A stretch of 27,641 nucleotides of DNA from Thecamonas trahens ATCC 50062 (GCF_000142905.1 NW_013657674.1:1-27641); one strand, 5' to 3'; counted from the first letter of the stretch, positions 1-10,987 are shown. Numbers and translations: made by a program. Notes: generated by a model not told the origin, from the sequence alone.

Positions 1-362
1 ACCACAACGACCACACCCCACCCCCTACTCCACTGTCACCACAATCATTTCAACCACAACTACCACCCCCATGCCATGGCCATACCCACCACCATCTCGT
101 CGCGCACTCCGCTTCCTCTTCCTCCTCATCCTCCTCCTCTCCCCGCTCCATCTGACCCGCATCCTCATCCCCGACTCCGATACCCACACCCCTCAACCAT
201 CACATGCCATTCTGCCTATTCACCAACCAACGGCAATCTCAAGCCGCCCAGCCCCGACCCAGCCTCCTCAGCTGCCCCTGCCTCGCCGACCACCAGCCGC
301 CAGCCGTCGCCCGCTGGCCCGATCAGCCCACATTCATCACCATCTAGCTCCCTCCCACTACC
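1..362. repeat. Diverged direct repeat, copy 1 (~360 bp; may extend beyond the window)
   Basis: Aligns colinearly with ~1449-1810; shares the identical core tcgcgcactccgcttcctcttcctcctcatcctcctcctctccccgct and cctcagctgcccctgcctcgccgaccaccag. Confidence 0.9.
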
Positions 363-1448
363 AGCTACGCTACCCACAACCTCACCCAATGTCATCACAC
401 ACCCCACACTATCACCAGTATCAATATCGCTGTCATCGACACTCATCTTCCTCGGCTCACTTTCGCGTCGACTTGTTCTGCCTAGGTGGTTGAGCACGTC
501 CTCGACCGCCCGACCCCGCACACAACCCCCATCACACTCATTGCAAGATATGGCCAATCTGATTTCACAACTACTCTACTACATACACACACTACCCCCA
601 TGCACAGTCTCCAATCCACAGCTGCTGTATTCCGGAATCCGAGTTCTGCCACCTGAGGCCCAACTTGTTGTCCTGGTGTCCCTTCGATGCTGCTGACTCC
701 CCTGCCCCGGGCCCATCTCCGACCCCCACTCCCCACCATCACCACCCACAACCACCACACCCACGCCACACGTACTCACTATGCCTGCAAACATAGCCAC
801 CCTCTTCCTGCCCGCTGATATTGACATCAGCCGACGCCATCCCGTCAACAGCATCGCTGCTGACCGCCTGCTGCTCGCCGCCGACCGCCGCCCGCCGCCG
901 ACCGACCACTGCCGGCACCACCAAGAGCAAGCTAGCCATCGACAGGGCATTGGAGACGATGCATACGGATAGCCACATCAATGGCAATGACTACCAGTCT
1001 GCCCTCCAACCCATTTCTCCCCTCCCTCCTCCGGCCTTGCCCATCACAGCCCCCGCCGGCCGGCTCATCGCCAGCCGCCCCTGCTGCCGACCGCCGAGCC
1101 AGACGACGAAGCCACCGGGCTGGCCAAGACAAAGAATAACAAGAGAGGGCAAGTGCAAGCGATAGGCAATGCAGTGGTGGACTAGAGTGCAGTGGTCTGC
1201 CACCTCTTCCAATCCCAAGCCATCGTCCCCATCGACATCCATCTCAATCCAATCCGTCCGCCCTCCTCCCCCTCGCCGCCCAAGCCCCTCCACCCTCATT
1301 GCCCACACCCCCCACACACCCATTAGCCGTATCATACTCACCTTTAGCAATGCTCAAGCCCAATCGCCATACCCACTGCCATTCCGCCCGTCCCGCCTCC
1401 CACATCACGACCCCCTCATCCCCCCTACCATACTCATTACCACCCGTC

Positions 1449-1810
1449 ACCACAAACCACCACCCTCACCCCTACTTCACCACCATCACTATCATCCTAG
1501 CCACAACCACCACCACCTTGCCTTGGCCATCCTCACCACCATCCCATCGCGCACTCCGCTTCCTCTTCCTCCTCATCCTCCTCCTCTCCCCGCTTTACCT
1601 CACCCCCATCCTCATCCCCGACCCCGACACCGTCATCCGTCAACCATCACCAGTCATGCTACTCATCTACCAACCAATACCAATCTCGAGCCACCCAGCC
1701 CCGACCGCGCTGCCTCAGCTGCCCCTGCCTCGCCGACCACCAGACGCCAGCCACCGCCCGCTCGCCCGATCAGCCCCACATTCATCACCACCTAGCTCCT
1801 TCTCACTACC
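1449..1810. repeat. Diverged direct repeat, copy 2
   Basis: Colinear with 1-362; similarity stops abruptly after ...ctcactacc (~1810). Confidence 0.9.
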
Positions 1811-2300
1811 CGTGAACGTCGGCGAGCTGTGGTACTCGCCACATCGCAGAGACGGAACCGAACAAGATGAGACTCAGCAATGCAAGCACCTCTATCCCAC
1901 TCACAGATCAGAGCCCACTTACAGCCGCATCGCGCCGGAAGCAGCCACATCTTGCCTCAACCATCCGATCGCCATCTCGCGACCGGAACCCTTTTGCGAC
2001 CGCCCTTCGTCCTCGTCCTCCAACAGATGCCTACCACGCACACTCTCGTCCATCGAATGCGTTCATCCTATGCTGAAAATACCCGATCCCGTCTCGCTCT
2101 CGGAAGTCAAGCAGCATGAGGCTTGGTTGGTACTGTGGTGGGGGACCACACGGAATATCGAGTAACGCTTTCTATTTTCTTTTACTCGTTGCCCAACTCT
2201 CCCTTCCCTCCTCACTCTCACTCCTCATGATCAGCGCTCGGCTACATGCCACATCGCCCACTCTGGTGGAACGTGCTCCAGCTTGCAACGCATCCCGGTC

Positions 2301-2750
2301 ATGGGCGTGGAGTACTAGCCGCGGAGGTGCAAACAAGCACAACGAGGGACTGCTGCCTCGCGAGGGTCCACAGACGGGACAGGCGCCCACAACCGAGGCA
2401 TCGGCGCTCTCGCTTGCAAAGAACTCCTGATCCCCCAGCTGGGAATCAGGCGCAGTGGCCATGACTGGCGCTCTTCTCTCCTCACGCCCGTAGAGAAGGT
2501 CCCCGACGATAGTGCAGCCGACCGCATGCGCGAGATATGCGCGGATATCGAGTGTCAGGGTGGCTGAGGCCTCGCACCTGCCCTGCCGTGTACTCGGACG
2601 TAGTCAACGCCGGTCGGCTCGATAGGGACATCAATAACAACATGCCACCCCTCACGACAAGTCATATGCATCCTCTAATAGGGTATTGTTGGGCGACCCA
2701 CCCGTGTTCTCGACGGTGCGCTCAAAATCCCGCTCGAGCTCCCTCACCGC
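2301..2750 (-). pseudogene. Decayed RluA-family pseudouridine synthase fragment
   Basis: Minus strand, across frameshifts: AVRELERDFERTVE..., VIDVPIEPTGVDYVRVHGRAGARP, DIRAYLAHAVGCTIVGDLLYG, PPRLVLHAH. These match the order of RluA motifs (IDAPI, QIRxHL..GxPIVGDxxYG, RLxLHA). No HRLD catalytic motif; stops are present. Confidence 0.65.
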
Positions 2751-2893
2751 CAACGGTCTCGTTGTTCGGCGTCGGCCTCCGCGCCTCCCCGCTGCATCCG
2801 GACCTGCCCTGCCCACCCGACCCCACACGCCGCGCTCTCTGTCACTGGCCCACACTCACACTTACACTTAACGACACTCTTCTTTCACTACTA

Positions 2894-2984
2894 GTACGTT
2901 GAGCTTTGTCGTTCCGCACCCTCTGGTTGTGCCTGCCCTGGCCCACACTCACCTTTCCCGCTTCTCGCTACTCGCTTCCCGCAG
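2894..2984 (+). other. Probable 5'-UTR intron of the TPR gene
   Basis: GTACGT donor, CTCAC branch-like motif, pyrimidine tract, CGCAG acceptor 2 nt before the ATG at 2987. Confidence 0.6.
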
Positions 2985-2986
2985 AC

Positions 2987-3721
2987 ATGGCAAAGAAGGA
3001 CAAGGCCAAGGCCAAAGACAAGGGCAAGGGCAAAGACAAGGGCAAAGGCAAGGGCAAGAGCTCCAAGGAAGGCAAGTCATCGCGAGGTGATGCTTCAGAG
3101 ATCGGCTCCATGGCCGAGTCCAACTACGATGTTGAGTACACCGACGCCAAGGCCGAGCGCCTCTACCATAAGGCCTGCGAGTTTGAGGCCGACGGCGATC
3201 TCAAGAACGCGCAGCGGACCATGGAGGACTGTGTGGCGCGCAACCGTGACTACGCCAAGTATTTCCAGAAGCTTGGCAATCTTCGCATGCAGCGCGGCCT
3301 CGCCGCCGGCGGCAAGAGCAGCGACAAGGGCTACGCCCTGCTCAAGGCTGCTTACAAGGATCTCCGAAAGGCTGTTGAGCTCAACCCAACCTTCTCCGCA
3401 CTTGGTGACCACGCGCTCCTTCACATGCACCTCAACGCCCTCAAGCGCGCCGCCGTATTCTACGAGCTGGCCATCGACGAGGCCCTCGCCCACAACATCG
3501 AGGCCGATGCAAACACCTACGAAATCCTTGGTGACGGCCTTCGCCGCGCCCGTTACAAGCTGCAGTATGACGTCTCCATGCCCGAGGAGGAGAGCAATGC
3601 TGATGGAGACACGGGCAAGGGTAAGGGCAAGGATAAGAACAAGAACAAGAGCAAGAGCAAGAGCAAGAGCAAAGGCAAGTCCAAGTCCAAATCCAAGTCC
3701 AAGGACTCGTCGTCGTCCTAA
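2987..3721 (+). CDS. TPR-like helical protein with Lys-rich low-complexity termini (244 aa)
   Basis: Strong codon bias; TPR-like segments (YFQKLGNLRMQRG; AYKDLRKAVELNP); (KDKGKG)n N-terminus and (KS)n C-terminus. Confidence 0.75.
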   Translation: MAKKDKAKAKDKGKGKDKGKGKGKSSKEGKSSRGDASEIGSMAESNYDVEYTDAKAERLYHKACEFEADGDLKNAQRTMEDCVARNRDYAKYFQKLGNLRMQRGLAAGGKSSDKGYALLKAAYKDLRKAVELNPTFSALGDHALLHMHLNALKRAAVFYELAIDEALAHNIEADANTYEILGDGLRRARYKLQYDVSMPEEESNADGDTGKGKGKDKNKNKSKSKSKSKGKSKSKSKSKDSSSS

Positions 3722-3730
3722 ACTCCCGCA

Positions 3731-4789
3731 CTACAGGCATTTACGGTGGATGATGTTGGGCCCGCACTCGGCGTACGCAATCTTGGTCACGCACATCTTC
3801 TTAAACACACCGACGGTGGTCACGATCACGCCGCCGTGCCACACCGCGCTAACAGGGTCCGGCGGCGAGGACACCGCCACTGCAGTCCGCTGCCCCGCCC
3901 ACTGCTTGACCTCAGCCTGCAACCGTTCGCATGAGCCCGGCGTGAGTGCGTTGCCGCCCGACATCACAATGGTGGCGTACAGTGTGTCACGCATCTGGGG
4001 TTCGACGGTCTCGATCCCGGCAGCCACCGCGTGCTGGACAGAGCCCATCGACGACGTTCCGTCAAAGAGTGATGAACCAATCAGAGCCCGCGCCACGTAC
4101 GGCACTGTCACTGCTGTCCCGTCTGGAAGCTCAAACGAGGCCTCTTCGCCGGCGCCCTCAGCCGACACGTCGAGCCCCATCGGCGCCACAACCGCCACCG
4201 CGTGCTTGAACTCGCGCGCCACGTCAAGCGATCCGTTGTAGTTACTTCCTGCGTTGCGCTTCAACCACGCATCCGCCGCCGCAGTCGCATCCTCGCCGGC
4301 AAGCTCGATCCGCTGCATGCCCTCACGCCGCGGAAAGCCGTCGTAAATCGGGACGGTCGTGGTGACGCCGGCCCCAGACTCGACCACCACTCCGGACGTC
4401 TTGCCCGCCGCAAACAGCGCGAGCTGGCCCGCAACGCAGATGTATCCGGCGTGCACGTCGAGCGACTCGAACATAATCTGTGCCGTGTGCTCGCGTGCCG
4501 CCTTAGTGTTGAGCGTCTGCTCAGCCACAAGCATGACCGAGCCAGCCGACTCGACCTCAGCCTTGGCGTACGCTGACCGCCACAGCGTCTCCACCTGCTC
4601 CCACGACCGCACACTCCCACGGTGGACAGGCCAGACCGCGTCCGGCACCGCCGCCGCCTCGTCACCCACCACACTTCCGTCTGGCGTCACCGTCGAGAGA
4701 AAGTCGACCGACGGTGCATGGCCCGTAGCCAAGCCGGCCTTGGTCCGCCGCGAGCCGGTGTCGACCACAAACACAGCCCGGTTGTCCAT
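3731..4789 (-). CDS. Divergent actin-related protein (352 aa)
   Basis: VVDTGSRRTKAG, REHTAQIMFE, GVVVESGAGVT..VPIYDG, FELPDG, IVMSGG, VWHGG, C-terminal YAECGPNIIHRKCL. Confidence 0.92.
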   Translation of the reverse strand: MDNRAVFVVDTGSRRTKAGLATGHAPSVDFLSTVTPDGSVVGDEAAAVPDAVWPVHRGSVRSWEQVETLWRSAYAKAEVESAGSVMLVAEQTLNTKAAREHTAQIMFESLDVHAGYICVAGQLALFAAGKTSGVVVESGAGVTTTVPIYDGFPRREGMQRIELAGEDATAAADAWLKRNAGSNYNGSLDVAREFKHAVAVVAPMGLDVSAEGAGEEASFELPDGTAVTVPYVARALIGSSLFDGTSSMGSVQHAVAAGIETVEPQMRDTLYATIVMSGGNALTPGSCERLQAEVKQWAGQRTAVAVSSPPDPVSAVWHGGVIVTTVGVFKKMCVTKIAYAECGPNIIHRKCL

Positions 4790-4949
4790 GAGCTCACACC
4801 GCCAGAACCAGTACTTTGCCCTATGTCCGCCTCTGGCTCCAACCACAGCCGCTACTTGCCCCCGCTCTACCCGGAACGAGTCGTGTGTTGCGTGTCGGCC
4901 CTTGCCCTACCCCTCCCCCAGGCCGCGGCTTTACGCGCTACCGCCAAAG

Positions 4950-7630
4950 ATGTCCGCCCTCCGAGTCACGCCCGCTCTGCTCCTCCTCCACCTCCTCCTC
5001 CTCCACCTCCTCTCTACCACCGCTCACTCCTGCTCACTCCCATCACTTCTCTCCCACACCCCACATGCAGTGTATGGGTGGCCGTTTGGAGGATACCCTC
5101 GCTGCAGAGGGCGGGGCTCTCCCTGCTCTTGTCTTTGCCTGTGTTACTTTCCTCGCAGACGCAGGTATGCACGCCCTGCCCTTCCCCCTCCCCCTCCCCC
5201 CTTCCCTACCTCCGTTTCGCCGTCTACTCACCCCGTTGACCTGCTAGGTATCTACACCGACGGCATCTTCCGCGTCTCGGCTTCTGCGTCGGACATCGCT
5301 GAGCTCAAGACCGCGCTCGAGAGCCAGACATCTGCCGGCGACGCTCTGGTCATCCCGACCGATACCGAGGCTGCTGCCGTCGCTGCTCTGCTCAAGGAGT
5401 ATCTGCGCGAGCTGCCGGAGCCCATTGTGGCTGATCATCTGTTCGAGGTCTTTATGGGCGTGGTTGAAGACGAAGAGTACGCCCTCGATGAGGAGCGCAT
5501 GTTCAAGGTTCTCCTGCTCCTCGACCCTCCGCGCAAGTCACTCATGGCTGTCCTCATGGGCCTTCTCCACGAGATCTCGACCTACGCCAACATCAACCGC
5601 ATGACGGCGAGCAACCTTGCGGCCGTCATGGCGCCGAACATCCTTCGCCGCAAGGGCATGGCTCCACTGGAGGAGGCCGAGCGCTCGTCGACCGCCATCA
5701 AGTTTATGTCTTTTGCCATTGAGCATGCCCCGGCGCTCATTGCCAAGCTTGCCCCTGACGGCGTCTCCGACTTTGCCTTTATCACCCGCTCGCGGAATCC
5801 GCTTGCACTCATGTCCGACTCCTCCGATGACGACACTGCCGGCATGCTCGGCACCTCGGCGGCCGCGCTGGAGCTGGCCATCGGCACCGGTGGCGCCGTC
5901 ACCCGCGCTACCCGCTCGCGGACGTACACAGACTCATCAGGCCTTCTCGCCACCTCCTCCGACGACGACGGTCTTCTTACGCCGGCCGGTCCAATGCCAA
6001 ACCTCTCGTCATCGTCGTCCGGCAACAGCAGCAGCCCAGGTGCCGCCGCCTTGTCCCCGGCCAACGCCGTTGTGGTTCTTGTCTCGTCGTCTGACAACGA
6101 TGACGACGGCCTTGCAAGCTCGGTCGCGGCTCCAGCTGCTTCCCACGGCTCGCCTGAGAAGCCGATCGTCATTCACGCCGGGACCGAGGAGCCGGTGCCT
6201 GTCGCTGCTCCCACCTCTGCTCCTCAGCCAGAGCTCGAGCCCGTTGTCGCCGATGCAGCCGCTGGCGACGAATCGTCGTCGGGTGACCTCGTCGAGTCTC
6301 CAGTCCGTCCGTATGCCACTCTCCCGCCTGCCACCACTGCACCGTCATCCGACGCAGAGCTTGCCGATCTCCGCAAGCAGCTCAAGCTGGCTTGTGCAGA
6401 GAATCAGGCTCAGGCCCGGCAGCATGCCGACGAGCTCAAGCGCGTACATGCCAACTACGCCCACGACCTCGAGGTTCTCCGCACTCATCTCCGCGAAGCC
6501 GAAGCCAAGGCCGAAGAGGCCTCGCTCACCGTCACGCCGCTGCATCAGGAGACCGTCGCTGTCATGCAGGCCGAGATCCGCTCGCTGTCTGAGAAGCTTG
6601 CCGCCGCCGGCGTCAACCCCAAGTCTGGCAATCCGGAGCTCTGCATGCGCATGCTCCCGCCCATCGCGCCGCAGGCGCTCACCACTGACGACAACGAGCC
6701 ACTCCGCGCCCACGTCTGGGCCTCGTTTGCTTCCTTCACCGACTCGGACGAGCTGCTCAACATCCGCGAGGGCGACGAGCTTGATGTCCTTTCCACCGAG
6801 GGCAACTGGTGGCTGGCCCGCTCACGTGCTACCGGGGCTACCGGTCTTGTTCCTTCCAACCATGTCGTCATCGATCTCGAGAACCTTGTGCAGCGGCGGC
6901 GCGAGGCTACCGAATCCGACGCATCGTCGGGCCCCGCCCCCACCACCGCTGAACAGGCCGACCCCGATGCCGACCCCACCCCCACCGAGCAGGCTGACTC
7001 TGCTCTCGCCCCCGCCGAACAGGCCGACCCTGACACCGCTCCCACCACCGCCGAACAGGTCGACTCTGCTCTCGCCCCGCCAAACAGGCCGACACCGACA
7101 CCGCCGAACAGGTCGACTCTGCTCCCGCTCCCGCCGACGATGCTGACCCTTCTCCCGACACCGCCCCGGCCCCCGCCAAACAGGCCGACACCGACACTGC
7201 CGCTGCCCTCAAGGCTTCTCAAGACGCACACAAGACTGCCGCTGCGCGCGCCCAGGAGTTTGCTGGCAAGCTCATCGGCTCCCAAGCCCAGATCGAGGAA
7301 CTGACCTCCGAGCTCGACGCCGCCCGTGCTCGCATGGCCGAGATGCAGGTCACCATCCGCAGGCTCATCGAGCAGATGCCTGCCGCCGTCCACCAGTACA
7401 CCCGGGTCTTCCGCGAGCTCGACTCGTCGATCGACACCTCGCTCGAGGACTCGATGCACCGCTCGCGCTCGATGTCGCGCTCGCCATCACCGCCCGCCGC
7501 CGCCGCTCCTCGCGGCGTCACCTCCGCCGCCGCCGCCGTGCCTTCGGGCCCGCGCACGCCCGAGCAGATTCTCTCGGCTTATCGCGCCGACCGCGCCAAG
7601 CGCGACGTCGCCAGCGCTGTCCACTCGTAG
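4950..7630 (+). CDS. RhoGAP + coiled-coil + SH3 protein. Exons 4950-4964, 5071-5164, 5248-7630; one-base frameshift at ~7075-7078
   Basis: Splicing out 5165-5247 (GTATGC..CTAG) gives LPALVFACVTFLADAGIYTDGIFRVS (arginine finger). Also LLKEYLRELPEP and NRMTASNLAAVMAPNIL; SH3 ELLNIREGDELDVLSTEGNWW...GLVPSNHV. The first exon (GTCACG donor) is less certain; alternative start is the ATG at 5074. Confidence 0.85.
6934..7205 (+). repeat. Coding minisatellite (AEQAD/AEQVD/AKQAD units)
   Basis: Recurrent gccgaacagg(c/t)cgac units encoding (T/A)AEQAD(P/S). Confidence 0.8.
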
Positions 7631-7636
7631 CGCTCT

Positions 7637-10600
7637 TTACTTTGCCTCCGCTTGCGCCTGCTGCAGCCGCATGCCGAACCAGTGCTCCAGCTCGTGCACG
7701 ATGTCGACCTTACGGACGCCGGTCCCGCCGGTGACCAGCTTACGGACGAGCCAGTCGCGGGTCTTCAGCGAGTCCCACAGCGCGAGCTCGGCTGACTTGG
7801 CCGCAGCCCGCTTGCGGATGTCCGCCGGAATGCCTGCCAGCCGCGCCACGTTGAGCCCGTACGAGTCGTCGGCGCAGCCGGCAACAAGCTGGTAGAGGAA
7901 CACAAGCTCGTCCTCGCCCTCGCCCTCGCCCTCGCCGCCTCGCGACTTCATAAACGACATGTGGTAGTTGGCCACCTGCTCCGCAAACTGGGCCTCAAAC
8001 GCCGCCATCTGCGGATAATGCGTGATGAAAAGCGTGACAGGCTGCGTCACCGTCACTAGGTGATGGAGCACTGCCGCCGCAATGGCCACCCCATCGTGAG
8101 TCGACGTTCCGCGCCCAAGCTCGTCCAGAATGACAAGCGACCGCGGCGTCGCCTCGGCGAGCACGTTGGCAGTCTCCAGCAGCTCGACAAAGAACGTCGA
8201 GTGGCCCTTGAACAGTGCGTCCGAGGCGCCCATTCGTGTGTACACCGCATCAAACGGCGTGAGCACCATCTCGGTTGCGGGCACGTACGATCCCATCTGC
8301 GCCATCACCGCCAGCAGCGCCACAGACCGCGCCAGCGAGCTCTTGCCGCCCATGTTCGGCCCGGTCAGCACCACCGTCCGTGGCCCGTCAAGTCCAATCG
8401 AGTTGGCCACGTACTCGCCAGCCCCAGACGACGCCATCACCTGCTCCAGTACAGGATGTCGAGCCTTTGTCGCCCGCAGGATCCCGGCTCCGTCCGCGTT
8501 GGCCTCGACAAGCTGCGGCGCAGTGTAGCCCGGTGTACGCGCCAGCAGCGCAAGAGAATGCAGTGCGTCCAGCGTCGCAGCTACGTCGACGTACGCCTTG
8601 AGATCAGAGTACATGTCGGCAATGCCTTTCAGCCACCCTGCCCATGCCGCCCGGCCCGCCGCCTCTGCCAGCTCGCTCTCCACCTGCAGCTGCTGGTGCG
8701 CCCGCGACACTGCTGCCGGGCGATAACGCTTGACCTTTTTCGTCGTCGAGACTAGACTCCAGTCCATCGGCACCCGGTCCACGGCTTTGACCGGAACCTC
8801 GAGCAGGTAGTCCTCCTGCGAGACAGAGACATAACTCAGCGCTGGGAGGCCGACCTCGCGCCGTGCCGTCGGGAGATGCACCTCGTCCAACTCGCGCCGC
8901 AGCCGCGCCATCGCACTCCGCGCCCTCGCCAGCTCCGGAAACTGCGCATCCGACATAAACAGCCGCACCATGTCACCCGATGCCGCAGCCGCAGGCAAGA
9001 GCTCGCCGAGCTTGGCCCGGAGCACTGGCGCGAGCTCCGGGAGCGACGATGTGAGCTTGGCCAGCAGCGGCGCGCCAGCCAGCGCCGACGCTGCAGGCAG
9101 CGCGTCCATCAGCACTAGCATGCCCTCTGCTACCTTGACAAACTGCGCCGGCGACAGCCTCCCAAACACAAGCGCTCCGACTGCACGCTCCAAGTCCGGC
9201 AGTGTCCGCAGCGCCGTCAGCAGCTTGACAAGCTGCTCCGCCCCGCTCGACTCAAACGCCAGATACGCCACAGCGGCCTGTCGCTCTTGGATCGCCTTCG
9301 CATCCACCAGCGGCGCCAGCATCCACGAGTGCAGCCGCCGCCGCCCCGGTGCGCTCTGCGTCCGGTCGAGAACCCAGAACAGCGACCCGTAGTCCGACCG
9401 CCGCTTGGCTGATGAGAACGCTCCTGCACCGGTGAGCCCCAGTGGGGAGCTCACGCTCACCATGTCTAGATTCGCCAGTGCCGATGCCGACAGCCGCATC
9501 CGCGTCGCATGCAAGACACGCGCAGGCTGTGCCCGCGGCCCAAGGACCTGCGCAAGCTTGAACTGGCCCAGCCAGTCCGCCATCGCTCCAAACGCCCGCA
9601 CCAGCGCCTCGCTCTCGTCCGCCACCGCCAGCACCGACGAGCCCAGCTCCACAAGCGCCTTGCGCGCTGTTGCCGCCTCGAACGCGCTCATCGCAAGCCG
9701 CTCGGTCCGCACGCCCGTCAGTGTGTTGCGTTTGGCGTCGACGTGTGACGAAATGATCCGTTCGGTCTGCTTGGAGAGCGTGCCCGCCGGCGGGAGCAAA
9801 TACTCGGACGGCTGAAGTCGCTTGAGCATTGCATCGAGGTGCGTTCGCAGCGGATCGGGTGCAAACGACTCGTGCAGCACCTCGCCCGTTGACGGCTGGA
9901 CAACAGCAAGCGCGATCGCCGGCTCGCGCCCGGCCTCGCCGCTCTCCTCCCACACCGACACAAGATATGTCGGGCGCCACGCGTCTGGCCCGCCCGAGTC
10001 GCTCACAGCTGCTCCGCTACGCTCGCCTGCACTCGACTTGCGGAACCGTCCGCCGCCAGGTACAAACCGCGCCTGTGGTGTCGACGCGTGCTCGGTCGTC
10101 GAGCTCACCTGCGCCGCAAACGCCTCATCAATGAGTGTCGAGATGGTGAAGACCTCGGCAAGCGACCGCGTCATCAAGCCCTTGGACGCCGTCGCCTTTT
10201 TCACCGCAGCCGTCTCGGTCTGCCGCACAATACCGACCTTGTGCCCAGCGCGGACCAGCCGCGGGACGTGGACCGCGAGCGAGGTGAGCGGAAACGCGGC
10301 GTTGGCAAAGTTGTTCTTCGGATAGCACACAATCGAGAGAATCCTTGCCGCCGCAACAGCGTCTTCACCAAACATCCGGAACTTGTACCCAACCTGGACG
10401 CAGAGCAGGATCTCCGGGTGCTTCTCCTTGATCTCCAGGACCTGCGCCTCAAGCACCGTGTACTTGACCCCTGCCCGCCGCACCAGCCGCGTTGTATGCG
10501 CCGGCAGAGCCGGCCCAGACCCCACTCGCATCATTTGACCGTCGTCCTTGCCCTTGTCTCCTCCTCCGCCCACCCTGCTGGTCCTGCCGCTTGCGCTGCT

Positions 10601-10987
10601 GCCTCCACTCGCCCGAGTAGAATCGTTGCTGCCTCTCTTGGCACGCTTTGCCGTCCGCGGCTCCTCGCCGCTACCCACCGCCACCTCCTTTCGTTTCCGC
10701 TTGCCCGGTATCTCATTGGCTACTCCACCACCAGCCGCAGCAGCCGCAGCAGCCGCAGCAGCCGTCTTGACTGCGTCTGCGGCAACCTGCATCGGTGCCG
10801 GCGCCGCCTCGCTGCCGCTCGCCAAAGCCTCGCTCGCCGACAGATCCTCAGCCGGCTCGACACACATCGGCGCCACCTCGGCCTCTGTGCCCACACTTGC
10901 TGACATAACCGGAGATGGGACTGGTGCGGGCTTTGATGCAGGTGCGGGTGCTGAGAAGAACCGCGAGATGGCAGTCTGCTTCGACAT
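7637..10987 (-). CDS. MSH3: DNA mismatch repair protein MutS homolog 3
   Basis: N-terminal PIP box QTAISRFF; KYTVLEAQ; VGYKFRMFGEDA (MSH3-type, lacks the MutS/MSH6 Phe-x-Glu); TGPNMGGKS; STFFVE; DELGRGTSTHDG; FITHY; SYGLNVARLAG. Confidence 0.93.
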   Translation of the reverse strand: MSKQTAISRFFSAPAPASKPAPVPSPVMSASVGTEAEVAPMCVEPAEDLSASEALASGSEAAPAPMQVAADAVKTAAAAAAAAAAGGGVANEIPGKRKRKEVAVGSGEEPRTAKRAKRGSNDSTRASGGSSASGRTSRVGGGGDKGKDDGQMMRVGSGPALPAHTTRLVRRAGVKYTVLEAQVLEIKEKHPEILLCVQVGYKFRMFGEDAVAAARILSIVCYPKNNFANAAFPLTSLAVHVPRLVRAGHKVGIVRQTETAAVKKATASKGLMTRSLAEVFTISTLIDEAFAAQVSSTTEHASTPQARFVPGGGRFRKSSAGERSGAAVSDSGGPDAWRPTYLVSVWEESGEAGREPAIALAVVQPSTGEVLHESFAPDPLRTHLDAMLKRLQPSEYLLPPAGTLSKQTERIISSHVDAKRNTLTGVRTERLAMSAFEAATARKALVELGSSVLAVADESEALVRAFGAMADWLGQFKLAQVLGPRAQPARVLHATRMRLSASALANLDMVSVSSPLGLTGAGAFSSAKRRSDYGSLFWVLDRTQSAPGRRRLHSWMLAPLVDAKAIQERQAAVAYLAFESSGAEQLVKLLTALRTLPDLERAVGALVFGRLSPAQFVKVAEGMLVLMDALPAASALAGAPLLAKLTSSLPELAPVLRAKLGELLPAAAASGDMVRLFMSDAQFPELARARSAMARLRRELDEVHLPTARREVGLPALSYVSVSQEDYLLEVPVKAVDRVPMDWSLVSTTKKVKRYRPAAVSRAHQQLQVESELAEAAGRAAWAGWLKGIADMYSDLKAYVDVAATLDALHSLALLARTPGYTAPQLVEANADGAGILRATKARHPVLEQVMASSGAGEYVANSIGLDGPRTVVLTGPNMGGKSSLARSVALLAVMAQMGSYVPATEMVLTPFDAVYTRMGASDALFKGHSTFFVELLETANVLAEATPRSLVILDELGRGTSTHDGVAIAAAVLHHLVTVTQPVTLFITHYPQMAAFEAQFAEQVANYHMSFMKSRGGEGEGEGEDELVFLYQLVAGCADDSYGLNVARLAGIPADIRKRAAAKSAELALWDSLKTRDWLVRKLVTGGTGVRKVDIVHELEHWFGMRLQQAQAEAK

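Noticed and set aside
1811-2170. Complex sequence that might be a transposon or gene remnant
   Set aside because: No recognisable motif in the frames examined; no terminal repeats or target-site duplications found.
4359-4949. N-terminal part of the 981-aa ORF 4359..7304
   Set aside because: It is the antisense shadow of the actin-like gene plus promoter sequence; the RhoGAP gene starts at 4950 or 5074.
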